A stretch of 63,124 nucleotides of DNA from Acidimicrobiales bacterium. GTDB lineage: Bacteria > Actinomycetota > Acidimicrobiia > Acidimicrobiales > CADCSY01. The stretch spans positions 1 through 63,124 of the forward strand of contig JBBSKG010000001.1 of the NCBI GenBank assembly GCA_038256565.1, given 5' to 3'. A model generated the notes under the pieces. That model was not told the DNA's origin, ran no database searches, and saw nothing but the letters and a program-made list of their open reading frames with translations. Positions 1 to 10,316 of this stretch are shown here, one piece after another. Each line of letters begins with the position of its first letter. Position 1 is the first letter of the stretch. The position numbers were made by a program, and so were the translations under genes.

Positions 1-371
1 CCGGACAGGATCTCGGTCGAGGGTCCGATCACGAGCGTCGGGTCGATGCCTTCCATCGTGTCTGGGTTGCCGGCTTTCCCGATGCCAACGATCCGACCGT
101 CGCGGACGCCGATGTCGGCCTTCACGATGCCCCAATGATCGAGGATGATCGCGCCCGTGATCACGAGGTCGGGCGCGCCGTCGACGCGTGAACGGGTCGA
201 CTGGCCCATCGATTCCCGGATGACCTTGCCACCGCCGAACACGACCTCGTCGCCGCCGACACAAAAGTCGTCGGTCACCTCGATCCAAAGATCGGTGTCG
301 GCCAGGCGAACCCGATCGCCAGCGGTCGGCCCGAACAATGCCCGATAACGGTTGCGATCGATGAAGCTCAC
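1..371 (-). CDS. ureC: urease alpha subunit, N-terminal part only (gene runs off the window start)
   Basis: Reverse translation from GTG at 371 gives [57 protein letters not shown]...[16 protein letters not shown], a canonical UreC N-terminus. GTGA overlap with the ureAB stop at 368. Confidence 0.85.
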   Translation of the reverse strand, partial: MSFIDRNRYRALFGPTAGDRVRLADTDLWIEVTDDFCVGGDEVVFGGGKVIRESMGQSTRSRVDGAPDLVITGAIILDHWGIVKADIGVRDGRIVGIGKAGNPDTMEGIDPTLVIGPSTEILS

Positions 372-1039
372 GAGCCCCTTCCCGTCGTCGGCGCGGCCGG
401 TCGATCGAGCGGGCCGCCAACGGCACCGCGCAAACCGGGGATCAGCCGGGCACCGACGAAGGGAACGAGATCGATGTCCATGGCGATGCCCGGCTCGAAC
501 CGCACAGCGGTACCGGCCGGGATGTCGAGACGGTGACCGTGAGCCTTGTCGCGGTCGAACACGAGCGATGCGTTGGCCTCTGCAAAGTGATAATGCGAAC
601 CTACCTGGATGGGCCGGTCGCCGCCGTTCTCGACGCGCAGCATGAGCACAGGTCGTCCGGCGTTAATCTCGATCGGCTCGTCGGGCCCGACGACCTCTCC
701 GGGAATCAACCGCGGCCCGGTGCTCGAAGCTCCGCCCCCGCTGATCGGATCGTGCAGCGTCACGAGCTTCGTTCCGTCGGGGAAGGTTGCTTCGACCTGC
801 ACCTCGGCCAGCATCTCGGCCACACCCTCCATTACATCGTCACGTGTCAGCACATGTCGGCCGTCCTCCATCAAATCGGCGACCCGGCATCCGTCGCGCG
901 CAGACTCCATCACCCACGATGCGAGCACGGCGACCGCCTCGGGGTAGTTGAGGAGCAAGCCCCGGTCACGACGATCGCGAGCGACGCTGGCCGCGGTGTA
1001 GAGGAGCAGTCGCTCCTGCTCATGAGGTGAGAGTCGCAT
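368..1039 (-). CDS. ureAB: urease gamma-beta fusion subunit
   Basis: The ORF-track protein starts [17 protein letters not shown]...[16 protein letters not shown] (UreA-like). It continues through a Gly/Ser linker into IPGEV...INAGRP...[21 protein letters not shown] (UreB-like). Confidence 0.9.
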   Translation of the reverse strand: MRLSPHEQERLLLYTAASVARDRRDRGLLLNYPEAVAVLASWVMESARDGCRVADLMEDGRHVLTRDDVMEGVAEMLAEVQVEATFPDGTKLVTLHDPISGGGASSTGPRLIPGEVVGPDEPIEINAGRPVLMLRVENGGDRPIQVGSHYHFAEANASLVFDRDKAHGHRLDIPAGTAVRFEPGIAMDIDLVPFVGARLIPGLRGAVGGPLDRPAAPTTGRGS

Positions 1040-1044
1040 CGAGG

Positions 1045-1737
1045 TCAGACCGCCATGGCGGCTCGGACCTCGTCGAGCGAGTCCTCGCCGGCCTCGCCGG
1101 AGCCGGTAATGCGACCCGACTCCAACGTGTAGTACTTGTCGGTCAAGCGAATCGCGAAACCGACATGTTGCTCGACCAGTAGCACGGTGAAGTCGCCGCG
1201 CTCAGTGAGTTCGACGATAACCGCCTCGATTTCCTCGACCACGTTGGGCTGGATGCCCTCGGTCGGCTCGTCAAGAATCAACATTCGCGGCTTGCCGAGC
1301 AGGGTCCGTGCGATGGCAAGCTGTTGGCGCTGACCACCCGACAACAGGCCCGCTGGCCGACTCAGCAGACCGGTGAGGGCTGGGAAAGTATCGAGCACCT
1401 CGTCGATCTCGGACCTCACGTTCGAGACCAGCTGGAGGTTCTCCATCGTGGTCATCTGCGGGAAGCAGAGCTGACCCTGTGGGACATAGCCGAGTCCCTT
1501 CCGCACCCTGCGGTTAGGAGGTATCCTCGTGATGTCCTCGCCGTCGAGCATTACCGTTCCCGACTTCACCGGGACTAGGCCGACAGCAACACGCAGCAGC
1601 GTCGTCTTCCCAGCACCGTTGTGCCCCAGAACCGCAGCGGCACCACCCTTTGGCACCGAGACATCTACGTCGAACAGAACCATCGAGCGCCCGTAGCCCG
1701 CAGTCACACCCACCAGCTCAAGCATTGGTTCAACCAT
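1045..1737 (-). CDS. urtE: urea ABC transporter ATP-binding protein (LivF-like)
   Basis: Walker [10 protein letters not shown], signature LSGGQRQ, Walker B LILDEP. Start trimmed to [10 protein letters not shown] (ATG 1737), which overlaps the urtD stop by 8 nt. Lies in the urt-ure operon. Confidence 0.85.
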   Translation of the reverse strand: MVEPMLELVGVTAGYGRSMVLFDVDVSVPKGGAAAVLGHNGAGKTTLLRVAVGLVPVKSGTVMLDGEDITRIPPNRRVRKGLGYVPQGQLCFPQMTTMENLQLVSNVRSEIDEVLDTFPALTGLLSRPAGLLSGGQRQQLAIARTLLGKPRMLILDEPTEGIQPNVVEEIEAVIVELTERGDFTVLLVEQHVGFAIRLTDKYYTLESGRITGSGEAGEDSLDEVRAAMAV

Positions 1738-2497
1738 GTGTCGCCGCCTCCGTCGTCTTTCCCAGGTATACCTCTTGTACCCGTTGGTCGGCTTGTACTT
1801 CCGCGACCGTCCCCTCGGCAAGCACCATTCCGGAATGCATAACGGTCACGAAGTCAGCGTACCGGCGCATGAATTCCATGTCGTGCTCGATGACGACGAT
1901 GGTCCGGGTGCCAGCGATCCGCTTCAGGAGCTCACCCGTCTCCTCACGCTCGCGGCCGCTCATACCCGCAACCGTCTCGTCGAGGAACATCACCTTTGCA
2001 TCCTGCACCAGCAGCATGCCGACCTCGAGCCACTGCTTCTGCCCATGAGCGAGGATCCCAGCCGGACGGTGCGCTAACGAAGCCAAGCCGATCGTTTCCA
2101 ACGCCTCCTCGACACTCTCGGGAACCCTGCTACGGGCGAGAACCGACTGGAGCGCCTTGCGGTGTACACCAGCGGCGATGTCCAGATTCTGAAGCACGCT
2201 CAGCTGTTCGAATACCGATGCAGTCTGGAACGTCCGACCGATCCCGAGTCGCACGATCATGTGCGACCTCATCGTGAGGAGGTCGTGGTTTCGGAACATC
2301 GCCTCCCCGCTGCCACGCACGAGTCCAGTCAGGGCATCGACCATGGTGGTCTTCCCGGCTCCGTTCGGGCCGATGAGGAAGTGCAGCCTTCCCTGGAGGA
2401 ACGTGAGGTCGACTCCGTCGACCGCTTTGAAGCCATCGAAGTCGACAGTCAGGTTGCGGATCTCCAGGTAGTCCTCACCGACGAGCGAGACGGTCAT
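1730..2497 (-). CDS. urtD: urea ABC transporter ATP-binding protein (LivG-like)
   Basis: GPNGAGKTT, HGQKQWLE, MFLDE motifs. Position between urtC and urtE. Confidence 0.85.
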   Translation of the reverse strand: MTVSLVGEDYLEIRNLTVDFDGFKAVDGVDLTFLQGRLHFLIGPNGAGKTTMVDALTGLVRGSGEAMFRNHDLLTMRSHMIVRLGIGRTFQTASVFEQLSVLQNLDIAAGVHRKALQSVLARSRVPESVEEALETIGLASLAHRPAGILAHGQKQWLEVGMLLVQDAKVMFLDETVAGMSGREREETGELLKRIAGTRTIVVIEHDMEFMRRYADFVTVMHSGMVLAEGTVAEVQADQRVQEVYLGKTTEAATHG

Positions 2498-3693
2498 GCC
2501 ATCACCGCTGGATCGGCCTGGTCATTGTCGAGGTCAAGGTCGACACTCGACGGCTTCGGTTTGGCCGAGGAAGGCCACCGTGACTTGACCTTCGGGAACA
2601 GCGAGGCGACGCCACCCGGAAGGAACAGAATGACCGCTATGAAGAGTGCGCCCAAGAAGTAGGTCCATTGCGTCGGGAAAGTCTCCGAGAGTATGGACCG
2701 GCCATAGCCGACAGCGATCGCGCCGAGCATAGGACCAAACAGCGAGTCACGGCCGCCCAAGGCGACACCAGCGATCAACAAAATGGAAGCCGTCGCATCC
2801 ACGTTCGACGGCGAGACGATGCCGACGATCGGCACGAACACGGCACCACCGATGCTCGCCATGACAGCGGCCACCATGAAGGCGACCAGCTTGATGTTGG
2901 CAGGGTCGTAGCCAAGGAATCGGATCCGCTCCTCGGCGTCTCGCGTAGCAACCAGCAACTCGCCGTACCGGCTCCGGTACAGCTGCCAGAGGATCAACAG
3001 GAACAGGATCACCAACACGGCTGCGAGCCGGTAAAGGTTATTCTGGACCTCAGGGTCATAGAGATTGTGACCGAATACGGTAGAGAACGTGTTCAGGCCG
3101 TTGAAACCACCGGTCTGTTTGACCGTCGCGATCAGCAACGTCGCAAACGCGACCGCCATCGCCTGGGTGAGGATCGCGAAATAGGCACCCTTCACCCGGC
3201 GCTTCAAGATCGCGTACCCGAGTATGAACGACAGCACCAAGGGCAGAGCCACGATTGCGAACACGGTGAACGGCCCGCTGCGGAACGGTTCCCACCAGCT
3301 CGGCATACTGCCGTCGCTATACAGCTTCATGAAGTCGGGAACCCCGCCCGGGCCGGCGGCCTCGAGCTTCATGTGCATGGCCACCGCATAGGCACCAAGA
3401 CCGAAGAACACACCCTGACCCATGACGAGCATGCCTCCACGACCCCATGCAAGGCCGATGCCCATAGAGGCAAGAGCCAACGCGCAGTACCTCCCAAGGT
3501 TGCCGAGCCGGAACGTACTGAGCGAACTGGGAGCCCACACCAGCAGCACGAATGCCAGAACGCCGATGACGATCAACGAACCATAGTTGTTGAGTAGCTT
3601 TTGCAACGACAACGAGGGCCGAGCCGCTGGAGGATGTCCTGCCCCTTCCCCCGCATCGGACCCCTCTGACAATTTGCTGGCGATCATCGTCAT
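2494..3693 (-). CDS. urtC: urea ABC transporter permease (LivM-like)
   Basis: Multi-pass hydrophobic branched-chain-type permease. The ORF-track entry is over-extended. ATG at 3693 (MTMIASKL...) forms an ATGA overlap with the urtB stop. Confidence 0.8.
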   Translation of the reverse strand: MTMIASKLSEGSDAGEGAGHPPAARPSLSLQKLLNNYGSLIVIGVLAFVLLVWAPSSLSTFRLGNLGRYCALALASMGIGLAWGRGGMLVMGQGVFFGLGAYAVAMHMKLEAAGPGGVPDFMKLYSDGSMPSWWEPFRSGPFTVFAIVALPLVLSFILGYAILKRRVKGAYFAILTQAMAVAFATLLIATVKQTGGFNGLNTFSTVFGHNLYDPEVQNNLYRLAAVLVILFLLILWQLYRSRYGELLVATRDAEERIRFLGYDPANIKLVAFMVAAVMASIGGAVFVPIVGIVSPSNVDATASILLIAGVALGGRDSLFGPMLGAIAVGYGRSILSETFPTQWTYFLGALFIAVILFLPGGVASLFPKVKSRWPSSAKPKPSSVDLDLDNDQADPAVMA

Positions 3694-4574
3694 GCCAGTG
3701 ACCTCGTCCGAACGGTGAAGAGGCCCTGGGGCCGGGCCATGAGGAAGATCACCACAATCGCGAAGGTGATGACCTGCGCCATGCTTCCGCTGATCCAGTC
3801 GGTCAGGAACGCTGTGCCCACGCCGACGACCCATGCAGCGATCAAGGTGCCCTTTAGCTGCCCAACGCCTCCGACGACGACGACAAGAAAAGCCGGAATG
3901 ATGTACGCCGTGCCAAGCGTCGGGTTGGTGCCAGAGATCAGCGCAATAGCGACCCCGCCGACACCAGCGAGGCCCGAACCCAAGAAGAAGGTAAGACGGT
4001 CGACATTTCGGGTCGACACGCCGAGCGTCTCGGCGAGTTGTCGATTCTGCACGGTCGCTCGGATCTGCCGACCGAACGAGCTGTACTTGAGCACCGCACT
4101 GAGCGCACCGAGCGCGCTGAGCGCCAGCACGATAGTGAAGAGCTGGCGATGAGACCACTCATAGCCGAACACCGAGATGCGCCCGCCCAACCAACTCGGC
4201 GCAGCGACCGGGTCGCCCTGTGCTCCGAAGACATCTTGAGCGAGCTGCTGGAGAACCAGAGCGACACCGACCGTCGTCAACAATGTGTCTAGCGGCCGCC
4301 CGTACATCCGCTGGATGACGGTGACCTCAAGGAGTAGTCCCAGAAGTCCCGCAACCAGGAAAGCCATCGGCAGCGCGATCAAGATGGACAGCCCGGCAGC
4401 GCCGACCACTTGCTGGGTGAGGTACGCCACGTACGCACCCATCATGAGAAACTCACCGTTCGCCATGTTGATAACACCCATCTGGCCGAAGGTCAGCGTG
4501 AGTCCGAGCGCAGCCAGCAACAAGATGGCACCGGTCGCTGTACCTGTCAGAAAGGGGGTGGTGAGTGACTCCAT
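3690..4574 (-). CDS. urtB: urea ABC transporter permease (LivH-like)
   Basis: 294-aa polytopic LivH-type permease (GQMGVINMANGEF...). Operon context. Confidence 0.85.
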   Translation of the reverse strand: MESLTTPFLTGTATGAILLLAALGLTLTFGQMGVINMANGEFLMMGAYVAYLTQQVVGAAGLSILIALPMAFLVAGLLGLLLEVTVIQRMYGRPLDTLLTTVGVALVLQQLAQDVFGAQGDPVAAPSWLGGRISVFGYEWSHRQLFTIVLALSALGALSAVLKYSSFGRQIRATVQNRQLAETLGVSTRNVDRLTFFLGSGLAGVGGVAIALISGTNPTLGTAYIIPAFLVVVVGGVGQLKGTLIAAWVVGVGTAFLTDWISGSMAQVITFAIVVIFLMARPQGLFTVRTRSLA

Positions 4575-4675
4575 CGTCTGCTTTCAGATCGTCATCGAAC
4601 AGCGAACAAGCGTTGGGGGTGCCGCACTGATGTACGGCCACCCCCAACGAACACACTGATGTGCAAAGCCGGGAC

Positions 4676-5917
4676 TCAGTTCTTGCTGGGGTCCCACCAG
4701 GTGTAGCCCTTCAGGAACGGATCGGGCTCGATCGGACCCTCGGAACTCCATACGATGTCGAACTGATTGTCGGAGTTGATCTGACCGATCAAGCCGGTCT
4801 TGGCGATGTGGTGGTTATCACCATTGACCGTGACCGAACCTTCTGGTGATGCGAAGGTCACGCCGTCCGACGCTGCGTTCACTGCGTCGACGCAGAACGA
4901 TTTCGCCTTCTCAACCATGTTCTTGTAAAGGTAGAGCGAGGTGTAGGCCGCTTCCATTGGGTCCGAGGTGGGTCGGTCAGTTCCGTACTTGGATTGGAAC
5001 GCCTTGATGAATGTCGCATTCTCTGGGCTATCGACGCTCTGGAAGTAGTTCCAGGAGGCGTACTGACCCGTGAGGTCGACACCCATCGCCGGTGCCTCTT
5101 CTTCGGCGATCGACACCGAGATGATCGGTGAGTTGTTAGCGCCTAGGCCAGCCTCGGCGTACGCCTTGATGAAGCCGACGTTCGACGAGCCGTTGATGGT
5201 GTTGAACACGAAGTCGGGCTTCGCTGCGGCAATCTTGGCGACCTGCGTCGTCCAGTCATCGCTGTCGAGCGGCACGTATTCCTCGCCGACGATCTCGATG
5301 CCGAGTTCTGCTGCGTACTGCTTGATGATCTTGTTGGCGGTACGGGGGAACACGTAGTCAGAACCAGCGAGGAACAACTTCTTGACGCCCTTCGATGCCA
5401 GGAAGTCCATCGCCGGAATGATCTGCTGATTGGTGGTAGCACCCGTGTAGTAAATGTTCGGCGACGCTTCGAGACCCTCGTACTGCACGGGGTAGAACAG
5501 CAGTCCGTTCGCTCCTTCGACCACCGGCAACATCGCCTTGCGAGAGGCCGAAGTCCAGCCACCGAACACGGCAGCAACCTTGTCCTCGGTGAGCAGCTTC
5601 TTGATCTTTTCGGCGAAAATAGTTGGCTCGCTCTGGCCGTCCTCTTCGACGAATTCGATCTGCTTTCCAAAGATTCCGTCGTCGGCGTTAATCTCCTCCG
5701 AAGCAAGGATGAGCGAATCACGCACCGTCTGCTCGCTGATCGCCATCGCACCTGACGTCGAATTCAAGAATCCGAGTTGGACAGTGTCACCTTCGACGCA
5801 GATGCCGCTGGACGCTGCTTTGTCGCTGGAACTCTCGTCGTCGCTGCAAGCGCTTACCCCCAAGGCGAAAGCTGCGAGCAGGGGCACGGCAATTCGTAGG
5901 GCACTTCGGTTACGCAT
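4676..5917 (-). CDS. urtA: urea ABC transporter substrate-binding lipoprotein
   Basis: Type-I periplasmic binding fold similar to UrtA/amide binders. Start trimmed to MRNRSALRIAVPLLAAFALGVSAC (lipobox) at 5917. Confidence 0.85.
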   Translation of the reverse strand: MRNRSALRIAVPLLAAFALGVSACSDDESSSDKAASSGICVEGDTVQLGFLNSTSGAMAISEQTVRDSLILASEEINADDGIFGKQIEFVEEDGQSEPTIFAEKIKKLLTEDKVAAVFGGWTSASRKAMLPVVEGANGLLFYPVQYEGLEASPNIYYTGATTNQQIIPAMDFLASKGVKKLFLAGSDYVFPRTANKIIKQYAAELGIEIVGEEYVPLDSDDWTTQVAKIAAAKPDFVFNTINGSSNVGFIKAYAEAGLGANNSPIISVSIAEEEAPAMGVDLTGQYASWNYFQSVDSPENATFIKAFQSKYGTDRPTSDPMEAAYTSLYLYKNMVEKAKSFCVDAVNAASDGVTFASPEGSVTVNGDNHHIAKTGLIGQINSDNQFDIVWSSEGPIEPDPFLKGYTWWDPSKN

Positions 5918-6010
5918 GGGGCTCCTTGAGGTTTGGTTGATCTCACGACCGTCCGCCGCTCGTCCAAAGCGTTCTCCCGGCGGCACAGAGCGACAAATTA
6001 CGAGGACCGC

Positions 6011-6040
6011 GTTTCCGGAATGTGTCCGGAATGTGAAAAC
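6011..6040 (-). promoter_or_regulatory. GlnR-box-like triple half-site upstream of urtA
   Basis: On the urtA-sense strand the sequence is GTTTTCAC-ATTCCG-GACAC-ATTCCG-GAAAC. That is three GTnAC/GaAAC-like pentamers separated by identical 6-nt spacers, about 94 nt upstream of the urtA start. Confidence 0.3.
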
Positions 6041-6266
6041 AAATACCCATGTGCCCACCAACACAGGGCTGTCCGGTCCAAGCACATTTCATCTGCCAGG
6101 CATGGGTGCCGCAGCCGCCAAGAGGGTGAAGGCGAGTAGAGCGGCGAGCAATCGGAGCGTTCCAGATTTCACGAGGGCGATCCAAGGTCATTGAATCTCT
6201 GGGCGGTTATGTCGGTGTTACGGATAACGGGGCGTCCTGTAGATGCAGGGTCAGAACAACTTCCCT

Positions 6267-7616
6267 TCACACGGCTCGTAGGGCGAGCCCGTCAGGTCGC
6301 CAATGGGGACCAGCGAACACGATCTGGTTGACAGTGCAGTGACGCTCGGAAAAACCGGCCTCGCAGTAGGCGAGGTAGAAGCGCCAGAGACGACAGAAAC
6401 GCTCGTCGAGGCCGAGAGCCTTGGCCTCGTCGATGCGCTCATCGAACCGTTCGCTCCACCTGCGCAGGGTCTCGACATAGTGGGCCGAGAGATCCTCGAC
6501 GTCGACGATCTGCAACTTGGTGGCCCTGCTCGTCGATCTAGAGATGGCCCCGATCGAGGGAAGGAAGCCGCCAGGGAACACGAAACGACGGATGAAATCC
6601 TCGGTGTTCTTGGTTCTTTCGTAGCGTCGGTCGGGCACACAGATCGCCTGGATAACGGCGAGACCATCGGGCTTCATACAGCGTTCGATGGTAGCGAAGT
6701 ACTGGTCGTAGTCGCGCCAATCGACGGCCTCGATCATCTCGATCGAGGCAATCCGGTCGAAGCGCCCAGCCAGATCGCGCCAGTCGACGTCGAGCACCTC
6801 GACTCCCGCCGAACGACCGGCTTCTTGGACCCTGCGGACTACTTCGCTGTGCTGTTCCTTAGAGATGGTGGTAGTTGTGACCTTGCAACCAATCGTGTCG
6901 ACGGCACGGAGGGCGAACCCGCCCCACCCAGAACCGATCTCGAGGACTGAATGCTCGGGTGTAACTGCCAGCTTGGACAGAATCCGGTCGTACTTGTGGT
7001 GGCTCGCTTCGGCCAGGGCAACCTCAGCCGAGGGAAATATCGCCGAGGAGTAAGTCATCGTCTCGTCGAGGAATACCTGGAAGAACTCGTTACCAAGGTC
7101 GTAGTGGCTGGCGATATCCTCCTTGTTCCGCAACCGACCGGGACGCGGAAGGCTGGCACGAATGCGATTGGTTGCCCAGCCGGTGCTGCTGGCAAGCCGA
7201 TTGCGAAGGTCGTCGACCCACTCGATGTTGCGGATGATGATCCGCACCACCATGACAGGATCGTCGCTGTCCCACCACCCCTCGATGTAGCCCCGGCCCA
7301 GCCCAATAGACCCCTCGACCACGAGCGCGGTCCACGCTCTTCCGTCGTGCACCTCAAGGGTTGCGTGAAGAGAGGATTCATCGTCGCTCCCGGCTGAACC
7401 AAAAGTTGTCGAGGCAACCGCACGACTGGTGTTGTCCACGACCGTCAGCTGGTCGCTGCTCATTCTCCGGAGCAGGTTCAGGACAATAGCCCGGGCTGTC
7501 CGGACCCCGAGCCCGTCAGTTCGACGGAGGTGGTGGTCGGCCCGGGCTAGCAGCCGGTCAGGTCGAACGGCGGTGTCAGGCGTGAAGCCCGAACGCCCTG
7601 TGATGGTCGTGGTCAT
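6267..7616 (-). CDS. cyclopropane-fatty-acyl-phospholipid synthase family SAM-dependent methyltransferase
   Basis: SAM motif VLEIGSGWGGFA and a CMAS-family C-terminus (YLAYCEAGF). ATG 7616 makes an ATGA overlap with the upstream gene's stop. Confidence 0.85.
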   Translation of the reverse strand: MTTTITGRSGFTPDTAVRPDRLLARADHHLRRTDGLGVRTARAIVLNLLRRMSSDQLTVVDNTSRAVASTTFGSAGSDDESSLHATLEVHDGRAWTALVVEGSIGLGRGYIEGWWDSDDPVMVVRIIIRNIEWVDDLRNRLASSTGWATNRIRASLPRPGRLRNKEDIASHYDLGNEFFQVFLDETMTYSSAIFPSAEVALAEASHHKYDRILSKLAVTPEHSVLEIGSGWGGFALRAVDTIGCKVTTTTISKEQHSEVVRRVQEAGRSAGVEVLDVDWRDLAGRFDRIASIEMIEAVDWRDYDQYFATIERCMKPDGLAVIQAICVPDRRYERTKNTEDFIRRFVFPGGFLPSIGAISRSTSRATKLQIVDVEDLSAHYVETLRRWSERFDERIDEAKALGLDERFCRLWRFYLAYCEAGFSERHCTVNQIVFAGPHWRPDGLALRAV

Positions 7617-8431
7617 GGAGCTTCCTCTTGGAAGGGTAGGTGACAATTAGATGTGGGGAACTGATCTAGTCGCGGATGGGCGACGAAGGGGACGCCCTTC
7701 GCCTTAAGCCGGGCCGCTTGGGCATGAATCCCGGCGCTTACCCTGTAGGTAGCCAAGGGGACCGAACGAAGGGATCGACCGAGGCCGCCTCGGGTGGCCG
7801 TCTGGCGCCGAAGACGCAGCGCCGTGTGGAGCACTAGTTGGCACTCGGGGTCTACGACATCGATGTCGAGTGCGATCCGGTCGTCCCGGTCTTGAATCGA
7901 CAGCTGGTAACGATAATCCATGCCGAGAAACGGCGAAACATGCATCACTTTCTCGAACTCGGAGCTCAAGGTTTCGCCGCGGTCGGTCAAGGCGAGGGGG
8001 TACCGGATCCGTTCCTTCCACGGGGTATTAGTCACCTCTAGGACAACGCCCACAGGCCGCGTCACCTGCGATATCGACTCTTCAGGGCCATCCCAGACGA
8101 AATAGAAGGTGACGGGGTTAAACAGCCATCCCCATCGGCGAAGTTGCGAGAGCATCCGGACCGGCCCAACCGGCTCGTATCCGAGTGTAGGAATGAGGTC
8201 CCGACGAGCTTCGACGGACAACGAACCGATGGGCTCGCCGCCGTAGTCACCCCTTCGAAATCGGACCGGTGCCGGTCGATCGGCCGACCATGCCGGGTGG
8301 AGATCACACAGCTGCCCTGGATCGTCGGGATCAAGCCAGACGAGACTGCTGGGGTAAACGAACTCGTGAGCGGGCACCGTGCGTCGATGGGCAACCGTGC
8401 CCTCGCACAAAGCCGGGAAGCCGGGGGTCAC
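7613..8431 (-). CDS. DUF1365 family protein
   Basis: ALCEGTVAHRRTVPAHEFVYPSSLVWLDPDD is the typical DUF1365 N-terminus. GTG 8431 gives a GTGA overlap with the oxidoreductase stop. Confidence 0.8.
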   Translation of the reverse strand: MTPGFPALCEGTVAHRRTVPAHEFVYPSSLVWLDPDDPGQLCDLHPAWSADRPAPVRFRRGDYGGEPIGSLSVEARRDLIPTLGYEPVGPVRMLSQLRRWGWLFNPVTFYFVWDGPEESISQVTRPVGVVLEVTNTPWKERIRYPLALTDRGETLSSEFEKVMHVSPFLGMDYRYQLSIQDRDDRIALDIDVVDPECQLVLHTALRLRRQTATRGGLGRSLRSVPLATYRVSAGIHAQAARLKAKGVPFVAHPRLDQFPTSNCHLPFQEEAP

Positions 8432-9717
8432 CAGTCGACGCCCAGCCGTCGGCAAACTCGGACGGCAGAGGTAATGCCATCCTCGTGGAAGCCGTAGCCC
8501 CAGTAGGCACCACAGAAGTGAGTCGAGCCCAGTCCGTCGATCTCGTCGAACCGGCCCTGGGCCTCGATCGCCGGCCCATCGAAAACCGGATGGGCGTAGG
8601 TGAACGATGTGAGCACACAACTGGGGTCAATGCGGTAATCACTGTTGAGACTCACCAGATACCGCCGGGCACCGGGCAGGTTCTGGAGGGTCGTCATGTC
8701 ATAGGTCAGGGTGACTCCGCCGCCGTTGCCCGAACCGGCGGGCGGGCACTCGTAGTTCCATGCCGCCCAAGCCGCCCTATTGGGCGAAAGCATCAAAGTG
8801 TCGGTGTGTAAGGTCGCCACGTTGGGTTGATACGAAATGGCCCCCAGGACCTCCTTCTCGGCCACGGTCGCATCATCGAGTAGAGCGAGTGCCTGGTCCG
8901 AATGACAAGCAAGGATCACCCGGTCGAAACGTTCGGCTCCCGCTCTTGTCCGGACGGTGGCTCCGGCAGCGTCTCGAGTGATACCAACAACTGGGGTGTC
9001 GGTCCGGATGGTCCCCGTAAAGCGCTTGGCGATGGCGTCGACGTAAATCCGACTGCCTCCGATGATGGTCCGCCATTGGGGACGGTCACCCATGCTCAGA
9101 AGCCCGTGATTGCGCAGGAACCGGAACAGACTGACGGCTGGGAAGGCACCGAAGGTCCTAGGGTCAGCCGACCAAACCGACGCTCCCAGGGGAAGCAGGT
9201 ACCCCTCGATGAAGACGGTTGAGTAGCGGCCCGCTGAGAGGAAGTCGCTGAGCGTCGCTTGCTCCCCGATCGCGTGCTGGTCTGCCTCGTGTTCGGCGAG
9301 CAGGCGTTGGGCCGCCCCGTGGAACCGGACGATGTCGCACAGCATCCGCCACAGCTCGGGACGGATCGTGTTGCCGCGGTCGGCAAACAGGGTCCGGAGA
9401 TTCGTGGCCCGGTAGGTGAATAAGCGGCCGGAGCGGCCGAACCCCCGGTCAGTGACAGCGAAGCTCATCTCCGTGTCCTGCACAGGAATCGATAGCTCCT
9501 CGAAGAGTCGGGTCAGATTTGGGTAGTTGCGATCGTTGTGCACGATGAACCCGGTGTCGACCGGAATCAGCCCCGCATCGGGATCGTCGACCACGACGGT
9601 GTTGGCGTGCCCCCCGAGACGACCTTCAGCCTCGAAGAGGGTCACATCATGTCGGGGCCCGAGGATGTGTGCACAGCCGAGACCGGCAATGCCAGAACCA
9701 ATGATCGCAAACCGCAT
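8428..9717 (-). CDS. NAD(P)/FAD-dependent (amine-oxidase-like) oxidoreductase
   Basis: Start trimmed to MRFAIIGSGIAGLGCAHIL...LFEAEGRLGGHANT (Rossmann GxGxxG dinucleotide fold). Conserved partner of DUF1365 and cfa-like genes. Confidence 0.8.
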   Translation of the reverse strand: MRFAIIGSGIAGLGCAHILGPRHDVTLFEAEGRLGGHANTVVVDDPDAGLIPVDTGFIVHNDRNYPNLTRLFEELSIPVQDTEMSFAVTDRGFGRSGRLFTYRATNLRTLFADRGNTIRPELWRMLCDIVRFHGAAQRLLAEHEADQHAIGEQATLSDFLSAGRYSTVFIEGYLLPLGASVWSADPRTFGAFPAVSLFRFLRNHGLLSMGDRPQWRTIIGGSRIYVDAIAKRFTGTIRTDTPVVGITRDAAGATVRTRAGAERFDRVILACHSDQALALLDDATVAEKEVLGAISYQPNVATLHTDTLMLSPNRAAWAAWNYECPPAGSGNGGGVTLTYDMTTLQNLPGARRYLVSLNSDYRIDPSCVLTSFTYAHPVFDGPAIEAQGRFDEIDGLGSTHFCGAYWGYGFHEDGITSAVRVCRRLGVDW

Positions 9718-9854
9718 GATCGTTATACGTCCCGACCGGTTGGATTGGATGCATCCATTTGAACCGGTCGATCCGTAAGGTCCTGTAATGGAATAGAGCC
9801 AAGCCAACCCCTCAGAACTCCCGAAGAATCGGGCTTCAGGATCGGAGACCTTAA

Positions 9855-10316
9855 ATGGTCCGCTACGTCGTTCATATCCGCTCACCGAAATCGCCGGACG
9901 AATCGTTCGCCTATATGGCGGATCTGTCCAACTTCTCCGAGTGGGACCCTGGCGTGATCAAGGTCGAACAAACAGCAGGTGCCGGTGCCGGGCCGGACGC
10001 AGTATTCGATGTGACCGTCAAGGGTTTGCGTGGCCCGCTCACCCTTCGATATCACACGACGACCTACGACCCTCCTGCCTCCATCACGGCGCGGGCCGAG
10101 AGTAAACTCTTGACCTCGCTCGACACGATCACCGTACGTGCTGATGGCACTAGCACGGGCTCCGTAGTGACCTATGACGCCGAGCTCAGACTGAACGGTC
10201 TACTTGGCCTGGTCGACCCACTCCTCGGCCGGAGCTTCAACAAGATCGGCGACAAGGCCGCTGCCGGACTGATCCGAGCCCTCGATGGGGAGCGGGCCAT
10301 GGAGCCGACCTCGTGA
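9855..10316 (+). CDS. SRPBCC (polyketide cyclase/dehydrase-like) family protein
   Basis: 153 aa with composition and length typical of SRPBCC ligand-binding proteins. Overlaps the next gene by 4 nt (GTGA). Confidence 0.6.
   Translation: MVRYVVHIRSPKSPDESFAYMADLSNFSEWDPGVIKVEQTAGAGAGPDAVFDVTVKGLRGPLTLRYHTTTYDPPASITARAESKLLTSLDTITVRADGTSTGSVVTYDAELRLNGLLGLVDPLLGRSFNKIGDKAAAGLIRALDGERAMEPTS

Noticed and set aside
2494-4158. Long N-terminal extensions in track ORFs (urtC, urtA, urtE, the FAD oxidoreductase, DUF1365, rdgB, rpe, mec, secA, prfB, the CPBP protease)
   Set aside because: The extensions are Arg/Pro/Ser-rich, overlap the preceding gene, and precede clear family-typical N-termini or signal peptides. 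Internal ATG/GTG starts that give 1-8-nt overlaps with upstream stops were preferred.
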